Both the position numbers and the translations under genes were made by a program. Positions 25,601-38,303 of a stretch of 64,000 bases of DNA are shown piece by piece. Every line of letters starts with the position of its first letter. Positions within the stretch are counted from its first letter, which is position 1. This DNA is from Lama glama (taxonomy: Eukaryota), in contig CM052817.1 of the NCBI GenBank assembly GCA_028534125.1, positions 68,326,001-68,390,000 on the forward strand, written 5' to 3'. The notes beneath the pieces are model-generated. The model ran no database searches. It was not told the DNA's origin and worked only from the letters and a program-made list of their open reading frames with translations.

Positions 25601-26171
25601 ATTAAAAAACTGGGCCCCTTTTTACTCTGTGCAGTGCAATCTCAACCATATGAAAACTGCATTAAAAAGGATTGGAGGAAATTATGCTAATAGTTATTTT
25701 TTTCAGGTGGCTGTCTCTATATACTTTGTAATAATATTTTTCTTTATCCAGAATTTTCAAAAATTCCACATTTAACATACTACTATTTTATCATCATAAT
25801 AATATAAGCAATAAAAATAGAAGAAATAAATATGTGTGCTTTAATATTTTATAGATAAATACCTAGCTTATTTAACCAAGAAAGGCTATTAGGACCCTAA
25901 GGGTTACCACCAGGTATCTAAAAGAATTCTGAAAATAGTGTGTGTATATATATATACACACACACACACATATGTATATGATTTCTTTCAAAACAAGTAT
26001 TTGATTATTATAGAAATACCTTTTGATTGGCTTACTCTGATTTTGATTATAATGACTATTAATGTCCTAAGGAAAATATGAAAGTTTTTTCAAAATTAAG
26101 AAACATCCAAGAAAGTTTGTTTTTTCCTTCGAGTTTCAATACCTGTAGCTATATGACCCTGAATTGAGTAT

Positions 26172-26510
26172 GTGTTATGAATTGAATGTTTGTGCCCTTC
26201 CCCCACCCTGCCCCATAAAAAAAGAATGTATATGTTGAATTCCTAACCCCTAATGTGATGATATTAGGAGGTGGGGCTTTTGAGAGGTAATTAGGTCATG
26301 AGCGTGGAGCTCTCCTGAGTGGAATCAGTGCCCTTATAAGAAGAGAAAAGAGCTTGCTTCCTCGCTCAGCTTTCCATCATGTGATAACTGGCCAACTGCA
26401 AACTCACCATCAGAACTGCCAGCACCCTAATCTTGGACTTCCCAGACTTACAACTGAGAGGAATAAATGTCTGCTGTTTAAGCCACCAAGCTTATGATAA
26501 TTTTTTAAGA
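26172..26510 (+). mobile_element. MLT1A/B-type MaLR solo LTR
   Basis: tgttatgaattgaatgtttgtg...taacccctaatgtgatgatattaggaggtggggc...gaataaatgtctgctgtttaagccacc. Confidence 0.85.
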
Positions 26511-27232
26511 GATATATATCAATTATCATACCCTTAAAGGGTAACTTAGAAGATTGCTTTAAAAGTGGACTTTTTAAGGCTTTTTCTTTAAAGAAGTCTA
26601 TTATTGCCTTCTTGTCTAGCACAAGATAAATAATTTTTATTATTGTTAAAGCTTACTTTACAAGATTTTACTTAAGACCTAATTTATAATGTGTTATTAT
26701 TGATACCTATGCTCTCAAACAATATAACAGAAACCTTGTTGTGAAACAGTATTACTGAAAGACCCATGACTATGGAAAGACACACTTTGCATTAAGAAAC
26801 AAGAGCTGTGTCAATGCTAAACAACCTGCCCACCAAAATGTTTCAGTTGGATAACTTCAATAGTAACATAGACTCATCTCAACCAGGTGACGAGGCATTG
26901 ATTTCTAACAGTATTGGTGAATATTTTCGATTTATCAACATATATCAAGATCTCTAAAAAGTTTATTTTTGAGTTCTGTATTTACTTTTTTATTTTTTAT
27001 CCATACAATTTTAATATGATTGTTTATGGTTTATCAGTGCTGAGTGCTTAATTACAAGCTCACTTCTAGTTAATGTGTATTAGTGTACAATTAGAAGCAA
27101 CATATGCAATTGTAGAAGATAATTCAGTAACATTTTTGATGAATGATTTAAATCTTTGTTTTAGAAGCAAAGGAACTTGAGAAATTATATATTCTGCAAA
27201 CACAATTTTTAAAAAATCTTTAGGGCAATGAA

Positions 27233-29490
27233 GGACTTCCCAGGTGAACATGGCAGATAGAGATATTTCAACTCTCTTCTCCTCAAGAAAGATCAGACCC
27301 CCAAATAACAAAGAGAACAAGAACCAGAAAATCATATTCCGTCTTTGATGAAGCAGTGTTCAAGGTTCTGTAACTTGAACTACAGTGTTTGAAGACAGAA
27401 TGAAGACTGAAGAAATAAATTATTGAGTAGAGAAGAGGAAGATCACCCTTAAATGCCTGGTGAGAGGGAGTGTCAGGAGGGCTAGCAGGAAGCAGGTCAC
27501 TTTGCTCTCACAGAATCCCAGAAAATTTCAGGACTTCAGGACACCAGACACCTCAGATGAAGGGGGTAAGAAGGAGCTGAAATCATGTTTAATTAAAATT
27601 TTTATTTAGAGACCCAGATGCCCACCCCCACCTTGTGTAGACAAGTGACTGTTTCCCCCTGATTCCTGCAAGAGACCAAAAGTTTATTCTATAAGAAAAG
27701 TATAACAGACTTTCCAAGTATAGGGAAAAAGAGGGCAAGGATGATGTCACACTGAAAATAAGAACTGAGTGCCTTTAATTCCAGAATTCCTTCAGAAGCT
27801 AGAATCATCTCTTCAATCAAAGAGATTATAAGATCCTCCACTACAGAATCAGAACTGTCCCTAGAGAGAACAACTACAAATACTGTAGCTGTTATTTAAA
27901 TAATAAAAAAAAAAGCCAGCTGGCCACCTGATCACCTAATCACGAGGGAAACCCACCAGTCTTCAACCCTTTCACTCAGAACTTCCAATCAATGTTTTAA
28001 TGATTCACTTTTTTATATGAACTGACAGCCAAGGAATATCAAACATGGAAAACTTCCAAAATAGAAAAATCCAAAGCAACAAACACGACAAAGTGTCTTA
28101 TTTAGGAGAGATCAGAGAAGATAGTGCATTAAGGAAACAAGGACAGAATGAAAAAGAAAAAGAAATGAACCATCAGAGAATAAGAAAGAACTTCTTGGAA
28201 ACTGAAAATATGTTGACCAAAATAAAAACCAAGTAGAAAATCTAAAAGATCAAATGTAGATAATCATTTGAAAAAAAAAGACAAGAAAAAAAGACATAGA
28301 AATAGCAACTGAAAGAAACATTAAAAAAAAAAATAGAGATTTAGTCCATGAATCCAATACCTCAGTAAAAAGAGGACCAGAAAGAGAAAGCAGATAAAAT
28401 GGTGGGGAGGAAAATCAAAGAACTAATATAAGACAATGTGTCAGTAATGCAGGTTGTGTTTCTCTTGACTGAAAAAAGCCCACTTGAGAAATGATCTAAA
28501 GCAAGGCACACTATTGTGGGGGGAAAAAAGAAGCGTTGTGATATAAAGAAGTTCCTAACACTCTCCAGGGAGAAAAAACAAAAAACAAACAGAAAGTTTG
28601 GAATCAAAATGCCATCACACTTCTCAGTAGCAACATGGAAGGACTAGAAGGCAGTGAAGCAATGCCTTCAAAATTCTAAAGGAAAGTTTCCAACATAAAA
28701 TTTTACACCTGACCAGTCAATCAATCATGTATGAAAGTAATAAAGAAAATGTCAAGGTCTCAAGAAAATGTACACCAGGAAACTACAAAGAAGATGTGCT
28801 TCACCAATACAAGAGAGTAAATAATAAAAAGGGATAAAGTGGTCTCCAATACTGAGCGGGTATTGAGAGTTCCCTGTATGACGGCAAAAGGACCAGAGCC
28901 CGGCCGCAGGCCTATAAAGCATTGAGTCCATATTTTAGTAAAAGGCCAAAAGGCTCAGAAAAGATGTCTTTAGGGAAGAAAAATGGAACTGGCCAATTAT
29001 TTGACAATTTTCACACAGTGGAAAATAGTACCATAGGGTATTTTACAGGGCTTTTGGGCAGGGAAAGTCTTGGATGTTAAAAAAAAAATTGTACAGCATA
29101 CTTAGTTCAGCAGTGAACTATATATACAGTTATCTACAAAGCAATAATAATAAAAACAGTGCATGAACACAACTAAAAGAGAATGGGAAAAAGGAAAAGG
29201 TATATCAAATATGCAAGAAAAAAACCTCATCTTCCATAACAGAAAATCAATAGATAATGTCTAGTATTTCCAAATCAAGGAGTAATATACATTTATTGTA
29301 TAGAAAAACACAGATGGATTTCAGGAAAGAAAACAAATGAGTTGAAAAGCATTAGCTTTGTACACCAGATTTTCCTTTGCGGTAGAGAAGTGTATGTAGA
29401 CCAAGGGACTCTTTTTATAATTACATGCCTTTTAGCATTATCTGAATTTTAAAGCCAATTACATATAATATAATTGCATGGAAGTTTTTT
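27233..29490 (+). mobile_element. Near full-length HAL1 (half-L1, ORF1-only non-autonomous LINE), decayed
   Basis: L1-type 5' start gacttcc..aacatggc, an ORF1 coiled-coil remnant (ORF 28045-28236) and the ORF1 C-terminal block at 28600-28780. No ORF2 follows, and a HAL1-like 3' end lies at ~29340-29490. Confidence 0.7.
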
Positions 29491-30278
29491 AAAGAGGGGG
29501 AACATGAGTGCGCAACTGGGACCAAGCTTGCTTCTGTCTAAGATACCTGGTTAAGAATATCTCTTTGAGAAGCAAAGGCTCAGAGCATGAATGGGCTGGG
29601 GCAAATTTAGAGATCATTCAGTTCAACCTTCTCATGTTATAAACACAGAAGTTGAGGCTCCACCTAGGGAAGAAGAACACAGCAAGAAAAAAAAAATTAT
29701 ATGCATTTCTCTTTGTCGTTTCCTTCCTTTATCACTTCCTTTATATGTAACCAGCACATATTTCATTCCTCCTTCTCACAAATCAGTGGCAAACCTAAGA
29801 GTGATACCCAGAAATTCTTCATTAAAAAAGACGGTCTCTAAGGCCCCTTCTAGCTCCAAGTATGCTGGTTGGTGAAGGCGTGGCATCATATAATGGAAAG
29901 CCTGCGAGCTTTGGGGTCAGACCTGGATACAGAGATTATCTGAACATGGTGACACTGGACATGTTATTGCAAGAGATAATAAGATCTATTTAAAGTGTTA
30001 AATTTCTTTTTTTAAAAAAAAAATAGAATCAAGTGATTAAATCAAGAAAATAAAATCTATGTAAAGATTTTGACATCTAGCAGATATTGGATACATGCTA
30101 GTTCTCTGTGGTGGTGTAATTCCAGAAGATAGTAGGACCAATGAGATGAATAAAATGAGAAGGAGTATACAACAGTCCCCACCCCGTACCTCCGGTTTTG
30201 CTTTCCTCAGTTTCAGTTACCTGAGGTCAACCATGGTCCAAAATTATTGAACGGAAAATTCCAAAGAAAAGAATTCAT

Positions 30279-30420
30279 GGGGCGGAGGGTATAGCTCAAG
30301 TGGAAGAGCACATGCTCAGCATGCATGAGGTCCTGGGTCCAGTACTCCCTCTAAACATAAAGAAGTAAATAAACCTAATTATCCCCACCCCAAATAATAA
30401 AAATAAAGAAAGAAAAGAAA
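30279..30420 (+). mobile_element. Camelid SINE (Vic-1-like) inserted in MER44
   Basis: gggtatagctcaagtggaagagcacatgctcagcatgcatgaggtcctggg with an A-rich tail and duplicated ...aattcat flanks. Confidence 0.85.
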
Positions 30421-30554
30421 AGCAAACAATTCATAAGTTTGAAAGTCTGCACTCTCCTGCTCCCACCAGCCCAGGACATGAATCATCTCTTTGTTATGTG
30501 CATCCACCCTGTATACACTCTCCCCCTATACCCACAGTACAGGAAAAAACACTA

Positions 30555-30769
30555 CAAATGACCCTTGAACAACATGGATTGAACTGCAGGGGTCCACTTA
30601 TACTTATTTTTTCAATAAATATATACTGCAGTCTACATGATCTGTGGTTGACTGAATCCACAGATGTGGAACCATGGACAAGGAGGGCCAATTATAAAGC
30701 TACACTCAGATTTTCAACTGCATGGGGGGGTCTGTGCCCCTAACCTCCACATGATGTAAAGGTCATCTG
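30555..30769. mobile_element. Tigger2-derived MITE (MER8/Tigger2a-like) inserted in MER44
   Basis: TA|caaatgacccttgaacaaca ... tgatgtaaaggtcatctg|TA terminal inverted repeats. Confidence 0.85.
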
Positions 30770-31094
30770 TATTATAGAGTTTGGTACCATCCTTGGTTTC
30801 AGGCATCCACTGGGGGTCTTAGAACACATATCCTCTGCGGATAAGCAGAGGCTGTTGTATTTGTATAGAGGAATTATCTAGAATGGGAGGCCCTAAACCG
30901 TCTGAGTTGGAGTCCTTAATTTGTTATGTCACCTGAAACAAGTTACTTAACCTCTCTGGGCTTCAGTTTCCTCATCGTAAAATAGTACCCACTTAGATAT
31001 TTGTATACTCATGTTCATAGCAGCACTATTCACAATACCAGAGGTGGAAGCAGCCCAGATGTCCATGGATAGATGAATAGATAAACAAAATGTG

Positions 31095-31097
<3 letters not shown>

Positions 31098-31143
<46 letters not shown>
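31098..31143. repeat. (TG)23 microsatellite
   Basis: Direct reading. Confidence 0.95.
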
Positions 31144-31145
<2 letters not shown>

Positions 31146-31147
<2 letters not shown>

Positions 31148-31472
31148 GTTGTCCCTTGGGACCCCCTCACATACCAAAATCCAAGGATGCTCAAGTCCCT
31201 TATAAAAACAAATGGCATAATATCTGCATATAACCTATACACATTCTTTTATATACTTTAAATCATCTCTAGATTACTTATAATACCTAATACAATGTAA
31301 ATATTATGAAAATAGTTGTAGGTACAATATAAATACTATGTACCTAGTTGCCGGTGCATGGCAGATTCAAGTTTTGCCTTTTGGAACTTCCTGGAATTTT
31401 TTTAAAAAATATTTTCAATTTAGTTGAATTGAATTTGCAATTGCAGAACCTGCAGATTTGGAGAGGTAAGTG
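31146..31472. mobile_element. MER2/MER2B DNA transposon inserted in the L1
   Basis: ataccaaaatccaaggatgctcaagtcccttata...aatcatctctagattacttataatacctaatacaatgtaa, flanked by TA. Confidence 0.85.
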
Positions 31473-31984
31473 TATACAATGGAATGTTATTCAGCCTTTA
31501 AAAAGATGGAAAGCCTATCAAATGCTACAACATGGATGCAATTTATGGATTATACTAAGTGAAATAAACCAGTCACAAAAAGACAAATACTGTATGATTC
31601 CACTTATATGATGTAACTAAAACAGGCACATTCATAGAAACAGAAAGTAGATTAGTGGTTACCAGGGGCTGGGGGGGAGGGAGAAAAGGGAAGCTGTTGT
31701 TCAGAAGGTTCAGAGTTTCAGTTTTGCAAGGTGAAAAAATTCTGAAGATCTGTTTCACAACAATGTGAATATACTTAACACTACTGGACTGTATGCTTAA
31801 AAATGGTTAAGACTATAAACTTTATGTTCTGGTTTTTCTAACCACAATAAAATAGGTTAAAAAAAATTAGTGCCTACTTCATAGGGTTGTTGTGTGTTAA
31901 ACAAGTAAACACATGGAAAGCACTTAGCATATGCACTTATCATTATTCAGTAATATTAGATTTATAGTATTATTATTATCAGTA

Positions 31985-33650
31985 CCATTCCCTATTTCGT
32001 GAAAATGCCTTCTGTATTTTCCAGTTTTCAAAGTGCATTGGTTATCTACCAAAAGTGATCAGTTAAGCTTTTTTTTTAATGTAAGTATTATCAACTCATC
32101 AATTTAATGTTTGAAATACTTCAGTCCATTGACATTATTGCTCTCATTGATGCTCAAATATTCCCATCTTTGTTCAGTGGGAGCCTCTTGGGTTGGCTCC
32201 TGAGTCTTTGACAAGGCTTCAATAGTATTTGATAGTATCCATGGTTTCAGAACAACAAGGTGTTCCAGCTCATCTTGTGTATTTCCTGCCTCATGTCTGA
32301 CATCAGCTGTGTCTCCAGGGAGCTCTAAATTCTTTTTAGAGCAAATGCTATTATTTGCCACATTCTAAGCACTAAGGATGGTTATTGCTACTGGTTTGGT
32401 TTTTGTTTCTAGGCTTTTCTGAGCTAGGCAATACCTTTTTTTTTTTTAAACAAAATCTTCATAGGTTCATACTGATAATTCCAACTTAAATTCTGTACTG
32501 TGGGATTTTAACTTAGCCTTACTTATCCATCTCTTATCTCATCTTTCTCTTATGCTAAAAAGAAAAATTTTTTCCTAATAGCACGTTTCTTAATTTATCT
32601 CACAATATACATGTTAGAGTCCTAAAAACAACACAACTGCCAATGATGATTACTGAAAATAATTTGAGAATTTTTAAACGTTATTTGTCATTCAGTGACA
32701 CCATCCATGGCCATGTATGGAGACAGTCCTCATTCTTTTTCAGAGCTGCAGAGTAGTCTGTTACATTTATTCCACCAATGCTCTGTCAATGGAAAATTGA
32801 CCTGTTTCCATATTGTTGTTATTTCATATATTGCCTCAATGAATAACTGTTTTTTTTTTATTTCTGCCAATGTGTCCTTTGGATAGACTTTTACTAATGA
32901 GAGCACAAATTCCTAAATTTCTCCTCCAAAGGATTGTAACATTTTTGTATTCCCACCAGCAATATATTTAATGGTGTCTGTTTTCCCACAGCCTAGCCAA
33001 TAGACTGTTACCAAATTTTAGGATTTTTGCTACTTTATTGGTGATAAGAAGTATCTTAATAGAATTTCAATGCTTATTTCTCTTATTTCGAACAATATTA
33101 AACAATTTCGGTTTAAGGCCTATTTACATATTATTGTTTGTGAATTGTCCAAATCTTTTGCCCATTTTACTGTGAGATTATTGGGCTTTTTCTTTATTTT
33201 TAGAAGCTTGTTGTATGTTAGGGGTATTTCCCTTTTGCTATGAATTGCAAATCTTTTTCTCACTTTATCATTTGCCTTTTTACATACAGTTTTTGGTTTT
33301 CTGACATATGAAAGTTTTTTTTTTATTTGTACTGTGACATATTCATTAACCTTACCCCTTATTGCATGTGGACTCTCAGACATAGTCAGGAAATTATTTC
33401 CCATTCCCCTAGGTTGTGGAGGAATTAACGTATTTTTTTGTTTGTTAATTTGTTTTTGCATGTTAAAGCTCTAATCCATTTGAAATGTATGTGTGGTGAG
33501 AGGAAAGGATCTAATTTTATTTTTTCTATAGCTATCAGGTTAACTCAACATCACGTATTAAAAAGTCCATTTTCCCCCACGTTGTTTGAAGTGTCACCTT
33601 TGTTGTATGCTAAATTTTCATATCCAAGTGGTTCCATTGATCTATATCTC
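31985..33650 (-). mobile_element. Old L1 (L1MC/MD-like) 3' region
   Basis: Minus ORF 33120-33461 contains ORF2-like YNKLLKIKKKPNN..KWAKDL, and 3' UTR-like sequence lies at 32050-32650. Confidence 0.7.
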
Positions 33651-35637
33651 TCTTCATTATTTGCCGGTTATTCTGATCTGCATTTGGTGACAATGGAAAT
33701 TAGGAGCATGTGATGTAAGAAAACCTTTTAGACCTAATAAAATCTATCCTGTAAACAGTTCTTAGATTTAGTTGTTTAAAGGAGGGAAATAAAGTCACTC
33801 TTTTGCACGTAACAGAGGGTATGTGAACCTAAGTAAAGGGTGGTTTATAAAAGTAAATTTTCTAAACTTTTCTTTAAGAGCCTTACAGGGGTTTCGTGGG
33901 GAAGCAGCCTGATGTGATTAACACATGGTGTCAGGCTCTGGGGTCAGGACCCTGCCTCTCCGGAGCTGCTTTTTGTGAGCACATTATTAATTTCCCACAG
34001 CCTTAGTTTCCTCAAGTCTAAGTTGGAGATAATAGAATCTTTCAGGGCTGTTGTGAGCGTAGAAAGATCTGCGTGCCATCATCCAGCAGAGCTGCCAGCA
34101 CAGAAAGGGCACTGGGTGAATGTTGGTTCTCTTCTCTCTCCCTCTAGGGGAAAATACAGCTAAGTTTTACTATGTAGTTTTCTCCAGCTACTCATGAAAA
34201 TAAGGGCTGGCCTGATTTTTACCCTGCAAAGCTGATTAAATAAAAGGAGCAGATGAGAAATTAAAGTTCTTTACTATCCAGTAGTTGTTGCTACCTTCAG
34301 TGGACGGCTGCCTTCCGAAGCTCTGTTTTCAGCGTGAAGCTGGAAAGGTGGTACACAGCAACCATAGGGATTGTTGACGTCTGTGGAGGTGATGTAAGCC
34401 TGGAAGGAGGGAAGAATTCAGGAGCAGGAGGGTTGAGAGCAGGGATCTTGCTTTTCTCTTCTCAGTACAGCATTGTTTTTGGTTTTCCAATCCAAGGGGA
34501 ATCTGGCTTACATTACTTCACAACTAGAAATTTCCAGAAAATCTCCTTGGCTTCACCCTAAAAGCGCCTCCCCACCCTAAAGTTGAGAGATTTGTCTCTA
34601 GAAAGGACAGTTATGATCCAATACAATTTGCCTCTGTCCAGAATGGAATGGCAGTCTGAGCATTTTTCTGATAAAATGCTTCGTCTCTCAAGAACCCCGC
34701 ATCTGATTTTCTTTCATAGAGTCCTATTTTGCCTTATTTAGCCTAATAATTTTCACAACTGTCAGCTTTAGATTGTAATACAGTGTAGATATATTTAAGG
34801 CATTGGTTCTAAAAACAGATTTTTAAGTCATTTTTAGAGTTATTTTTCTTTACATGAATTATTGAAGCACTAATCATGACTTCAATCCACAATTGTATTC
34901 CTTTTTCAATAAACTCATTAAAAGAATTTAATACAATTCATCATTCAGTGTTAAGAACTGTAATTATATGAATATGAAAAGGTGCTACATAAATATGATT
35001 TGATCAGTTTTATACAACACTGATTAGATTCTATTCAGGCAGAATTTGTGAAAGTGTTTTCATACACACTTTTACTTAATCTTTGCAACAGCATTGTGAT
35101 GTGTCAGTATTATTAACCATAGTTTAATCAGTCACCTCAACCAGAACCAGAACCAGAACCAGTTTCTGGTTGAAGAGACTGAGGCCCAAAAAAGTTAAAT
35201 TTTAAGTGGCCCAGGATCACACAGCCAATTAGAGTTCTAGACTCGAAATTCTGATTTCAGTCTACAGTTCTTGCCACAAGGCTACAACTGAAATAAATTT
35301 TCGATCAGAAAGAGCACTAGTTTAGATATGCGTATATATTGAATTTTCCATATTTAACATCATTTTCCACCAAATGAATTTTATGCTTTGTTTGCAATGT
35401 TCCATTTGTAATCTTTCAACCTATTGCTTAATTTTCTTAATATCAATAGCTAATTGTCTTTTGGTCCATCCAAATGAGAACTCTAAATTACTATGGAATA
35501 ATTGGTAACTTGAAACCTCTTAAGGAACAATCCTCACAAAAAGTGTTTGGTTTTGTTTTTGGTTTTTTTTTAATGGCACAAAGTAGCACTGTTAATTAAG
35601 AAAGAACTTCGAGCTAAGATTTGATTTTGTTTTGCAG

Positions 35638-35771
35638 GTGGCGTTGCATGCTTGTGGAGTGGCAACAGACATGGTGATTGAGCACTGCATCAAAACACGG
35701 GCGTCCTTTGTCACGTGCCCATGCTGTTACGGTTTCATTCAGAATACCTCAAAGTTTAATTTTCCAAAAAG
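35638..35771 (+). CDS. GSTCD: GSTCD coding exon (134 bp): VALHACGVATDMVIEHCIKTRASFVTCPCCYGFIQNTSKFNFPK(S)
   Basis: Acceptor ttttgttttgcag|GTG and donor AAG|gtgaaa. Contains LHACG..TD and PCCY motifs typical of this methyltransferase-like family. Confidence 0.96.
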
Positions 35772-36064
35772 GTGAAATGTTCTGTTCTGCCAAAGACATC
35801 AATATGGGGATTAAATCCGTACACAAAACTTATTTGATAACAAGTCACAATGAGATTTCAGTTTGGCGCTCATTTCCACTTTCCACTATGGCAAGTATTG
35901 TTTATCGGCTGTATCAGGAAGATACAGCATCTCCTCTGTGCCTGCCCTTGATTGTTCTCCTGGATCCAGCTTTTGTTGGAATTTAGAAGCAAGTCTATCT
36001 AGGAGTCAGCTGACTGGCAGTCTGGCAGCTTCAGCACTTTGTGTACTTCTAAGCAGAAAGTATC

Positions 36065-36330
36065 GCCTAGAAGAGTCAGTGGAGTGTAGTGGTTAAGCAC
36101 CTCAGACCCAGAAGTATTCCACCTCATCAAATATGGCAAACATTGGCCCCTCATTCTTTTGTAAATTGTTTCACCCCAGGCAATTAAACTTTTTGCCTAT
36201 GTTTTCTCGTCTATAAAAGAGGGGGTTAAAATAGTAACTACCTGAAGGTTTTTATGAGGATCGAATGATATATATGTAAGCCACTTAGAAGTGGCACAGA
36301 GTAGGCACTCATAAATGTGAGCTGTTGCTC
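36065..36330 (+). mobile_element. MIR SINE
   Basis: agtgtagtggttaagcac...ctcgtctataaaagaggggg...gtggcacagagtaggcactcataaatg. Confidence 0.7.
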
Positions 36331-37049
36331 AGTGAAGTAGTAGCAGTAGTAGTTTTAAATTCTGCCCATGGGTGGTGGCGATTAATCTGCAAGCTCATTG
36401 GCCGTTTTTACTTCCTTATCCCACATAGAAGAGGGAGACATTTTAATTCTCATCACTTTAACTCAACCTGGTAGAGGGCCCTTCTTGGTTTATGACATTT
36501 CACTCTGATTTATAGTTTTTGAGAATCCAGCTGATCATTTTGGTTATAGAATAAATTAAATGTGTTAGTTTTGGAAATCCTATAATGTGTCAAAAAAGAC
36601 TTCTTGATCATTTGCATCATTGCTTTTAAGAAACCTTAGAAATTTCCATTAGAATTTATACTTAAAAGCTTCTATCTAAGTCGTTTAAAATAACAAAGTT
36701 AAAGAATAGCCTTCTCTTTCTTTCATTGTTTTGTTCCTTACTACAATTTGCAACTACTTGAGAGAAAACCAAAGGAACTGTGGAAAAGCAAAAACTAAAA
36801 TATAATTTGAGGCTTATTCAATACTTGAAATTGTATTTTATTCTAAATCTTAGATAAAATAGATAAAACGTATGTTTTACAACTCATCAAGAAATCGGTA
36901 AGTTTAGCACTATGAAGATTCTTAAGAGTGCTAATTTGAGTTATTCAGCCTGCAGTCTCATTTAACTGATTTTAAAGTCTCAATTTAGTGTCTGTCGACG
37001 TCACATCTCTGCAGATTTATTGACATGTGCCCTCTTTGTCATTAGAGGA

Positions 37050-37405
37050 CTACTCCCAGGTCACTACCCCTCTGCCCTAATCACACTAGGGCCAGGTACC
37101 AGACAACTAGGGACAGCCCCTGTGCTCCAGAACCTATGACATTATTCAAACTAGCCAGTCCTCAGCTTGCTCACCCTGGCTTACCGTTCCTTCCCATGGA
37201 ATCCATAATAGAGGCTCTCGTCTGTGTTTTACTCCATTGCCTCTGCCTCATGACTGACCCTGGTGCTTCCCCACGTGACCCTGCATGACATGGCTTGCCC
37301 CCTCTTCTTGGGAACTATGAGTAACAGACTTTCTTTTCCCTGGCAGTCCTCTCCTAATCTGTTGGTCTCACACACCTGAATAACAATAAAAGCTACCTTT
37401 TAAAA
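37050..37405 (+). mobile_element. ERVL-type LTR fragment (MER74-like)
   Basis: gggccaggtaccagacaactagggacagcccct...cttcttgggaactatgagtaac...cctgaataacaataaaa. Confidence 0.7.
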
Positions 37406-37730
37406 TGCCTGGATTTGTGTGCACCCATACAGGGAAGAGAAAAGAGTTGGCTGTGCTTCTCTAATAGTGTACACAATCTTTGAAAGAAATTCTTTAAAAA
37501 TTAATTACAGACTGATGGTATGTTTTTGTCTTTTTATAAGATGTTTCAAACTGGCATAGTTCTTAGTTCAGGATATTGTTATATACCCTTCAGATAAAAC
37601 ATACATATTTGTTTGTAATCTAGTTTCTTTTTTTAAATTTTTTTATAATTTAGTTTTCTTTAAGATTATTTCTACTCTTAACCTTTGGTATTTAAAATGA
37701 TGAATAATTCCTTTTTCTTTTCTATTTCAG

Positions 37731-37761
37731 TGATCAATTCAAGAAAACATTATCGTACAAG
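37731..37761 (+). CDS. GSTCD: GSTCD small coding exon (31 bp): (S)DQFKKTLSYK
   Basis: Long pyrimidine tract ctttttcttttctatttcag|T and donor AAG|gtaacc. Phase 2 in and phase 0 out reconciles the flanking exons exactly. Confidence 0.92.
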
Positions 37762-38303
37762 GTAACCTTATAAACATCTGGATGTTTACCTGATATACTT
37801 TTTATTCCTTCTTTTTATTTTCCTTCTCAAATTTCTAGTGGAGTATATAACCTATACTTACACTTGAGTTACTCATAAACTCTGATACGCTTTTTTTTTC
37901 TTTTTGGCAAATCAAGATTAATCTTCAGGTAGTTGACAAGATTTGTGAAGGGTCTGAGAGTTTACCCGCCTCACAAGCTCACAAGCTAGCCTGCCACAGT
38001 TTGATGGATGCTGGCAGGGACAACAGAAGATAGTGTAGCTCACAGCAATGGGAGTAACTACCATCATTTTCCCACTGACTTCCCGAGGCCCAGTTCCCAC
38101 AGGGCAGCGCAGAAGGGGCCAGATGACCCTTAACACATATACAGTGAGTCCCATCACAGGGGAGGGAACCTGAGCTTTGGAAACCCAGATGTTTTAAGGT
38201 GTAATCATTAAGTAAGCATGCCTCCCCTTTTCTCCAGAGGGAGACACTGTATAGTTTCCAAGGCTGTTGACTGTACAAATGTCTTTGAAAAGATAATCTG
38301 GAA

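Larger units (their letters stand above)
30170..30857. mobile_element. MER44/Tigger7 DNA transposon hosting two nested insertions
   Basis: TA-flanked ends caacagtcccc...cagtttcagttacctgaggtcaaccatggtcc and caggcatccactgggggtcttagaac...gcggataagcagaggctgttg. Confidence 0.85.
30990..31865 (+). mobile_element. L1M 3' end inserted into a MIR (MIR halves at ~30890-30990 and ~31865-31950)
   Basis: atgttcatagcagcactattcaca...agtgaaataaaccagtcacaaaaagacaaatactgtatgattccac...aaaatggttaaga. The MIR core is split around it. Confidence 0.85.

Noticed and set aside
25938..25975. Self-complementary (TG)(TA)(CA) stretch
   Set aside because: An ordinary compound microsatellite, whose symmetry follows trivially from the dinucleotide repeats.
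26800..26960. Short open frame (MLNNLPTK...QPGDEALIS) with patchy similarity to the GSTCD exon at 20119
   Set aside because: Only an 11-nt word and two short words match, with inconsistent spacing and no splice signals. This is consistent with chance.
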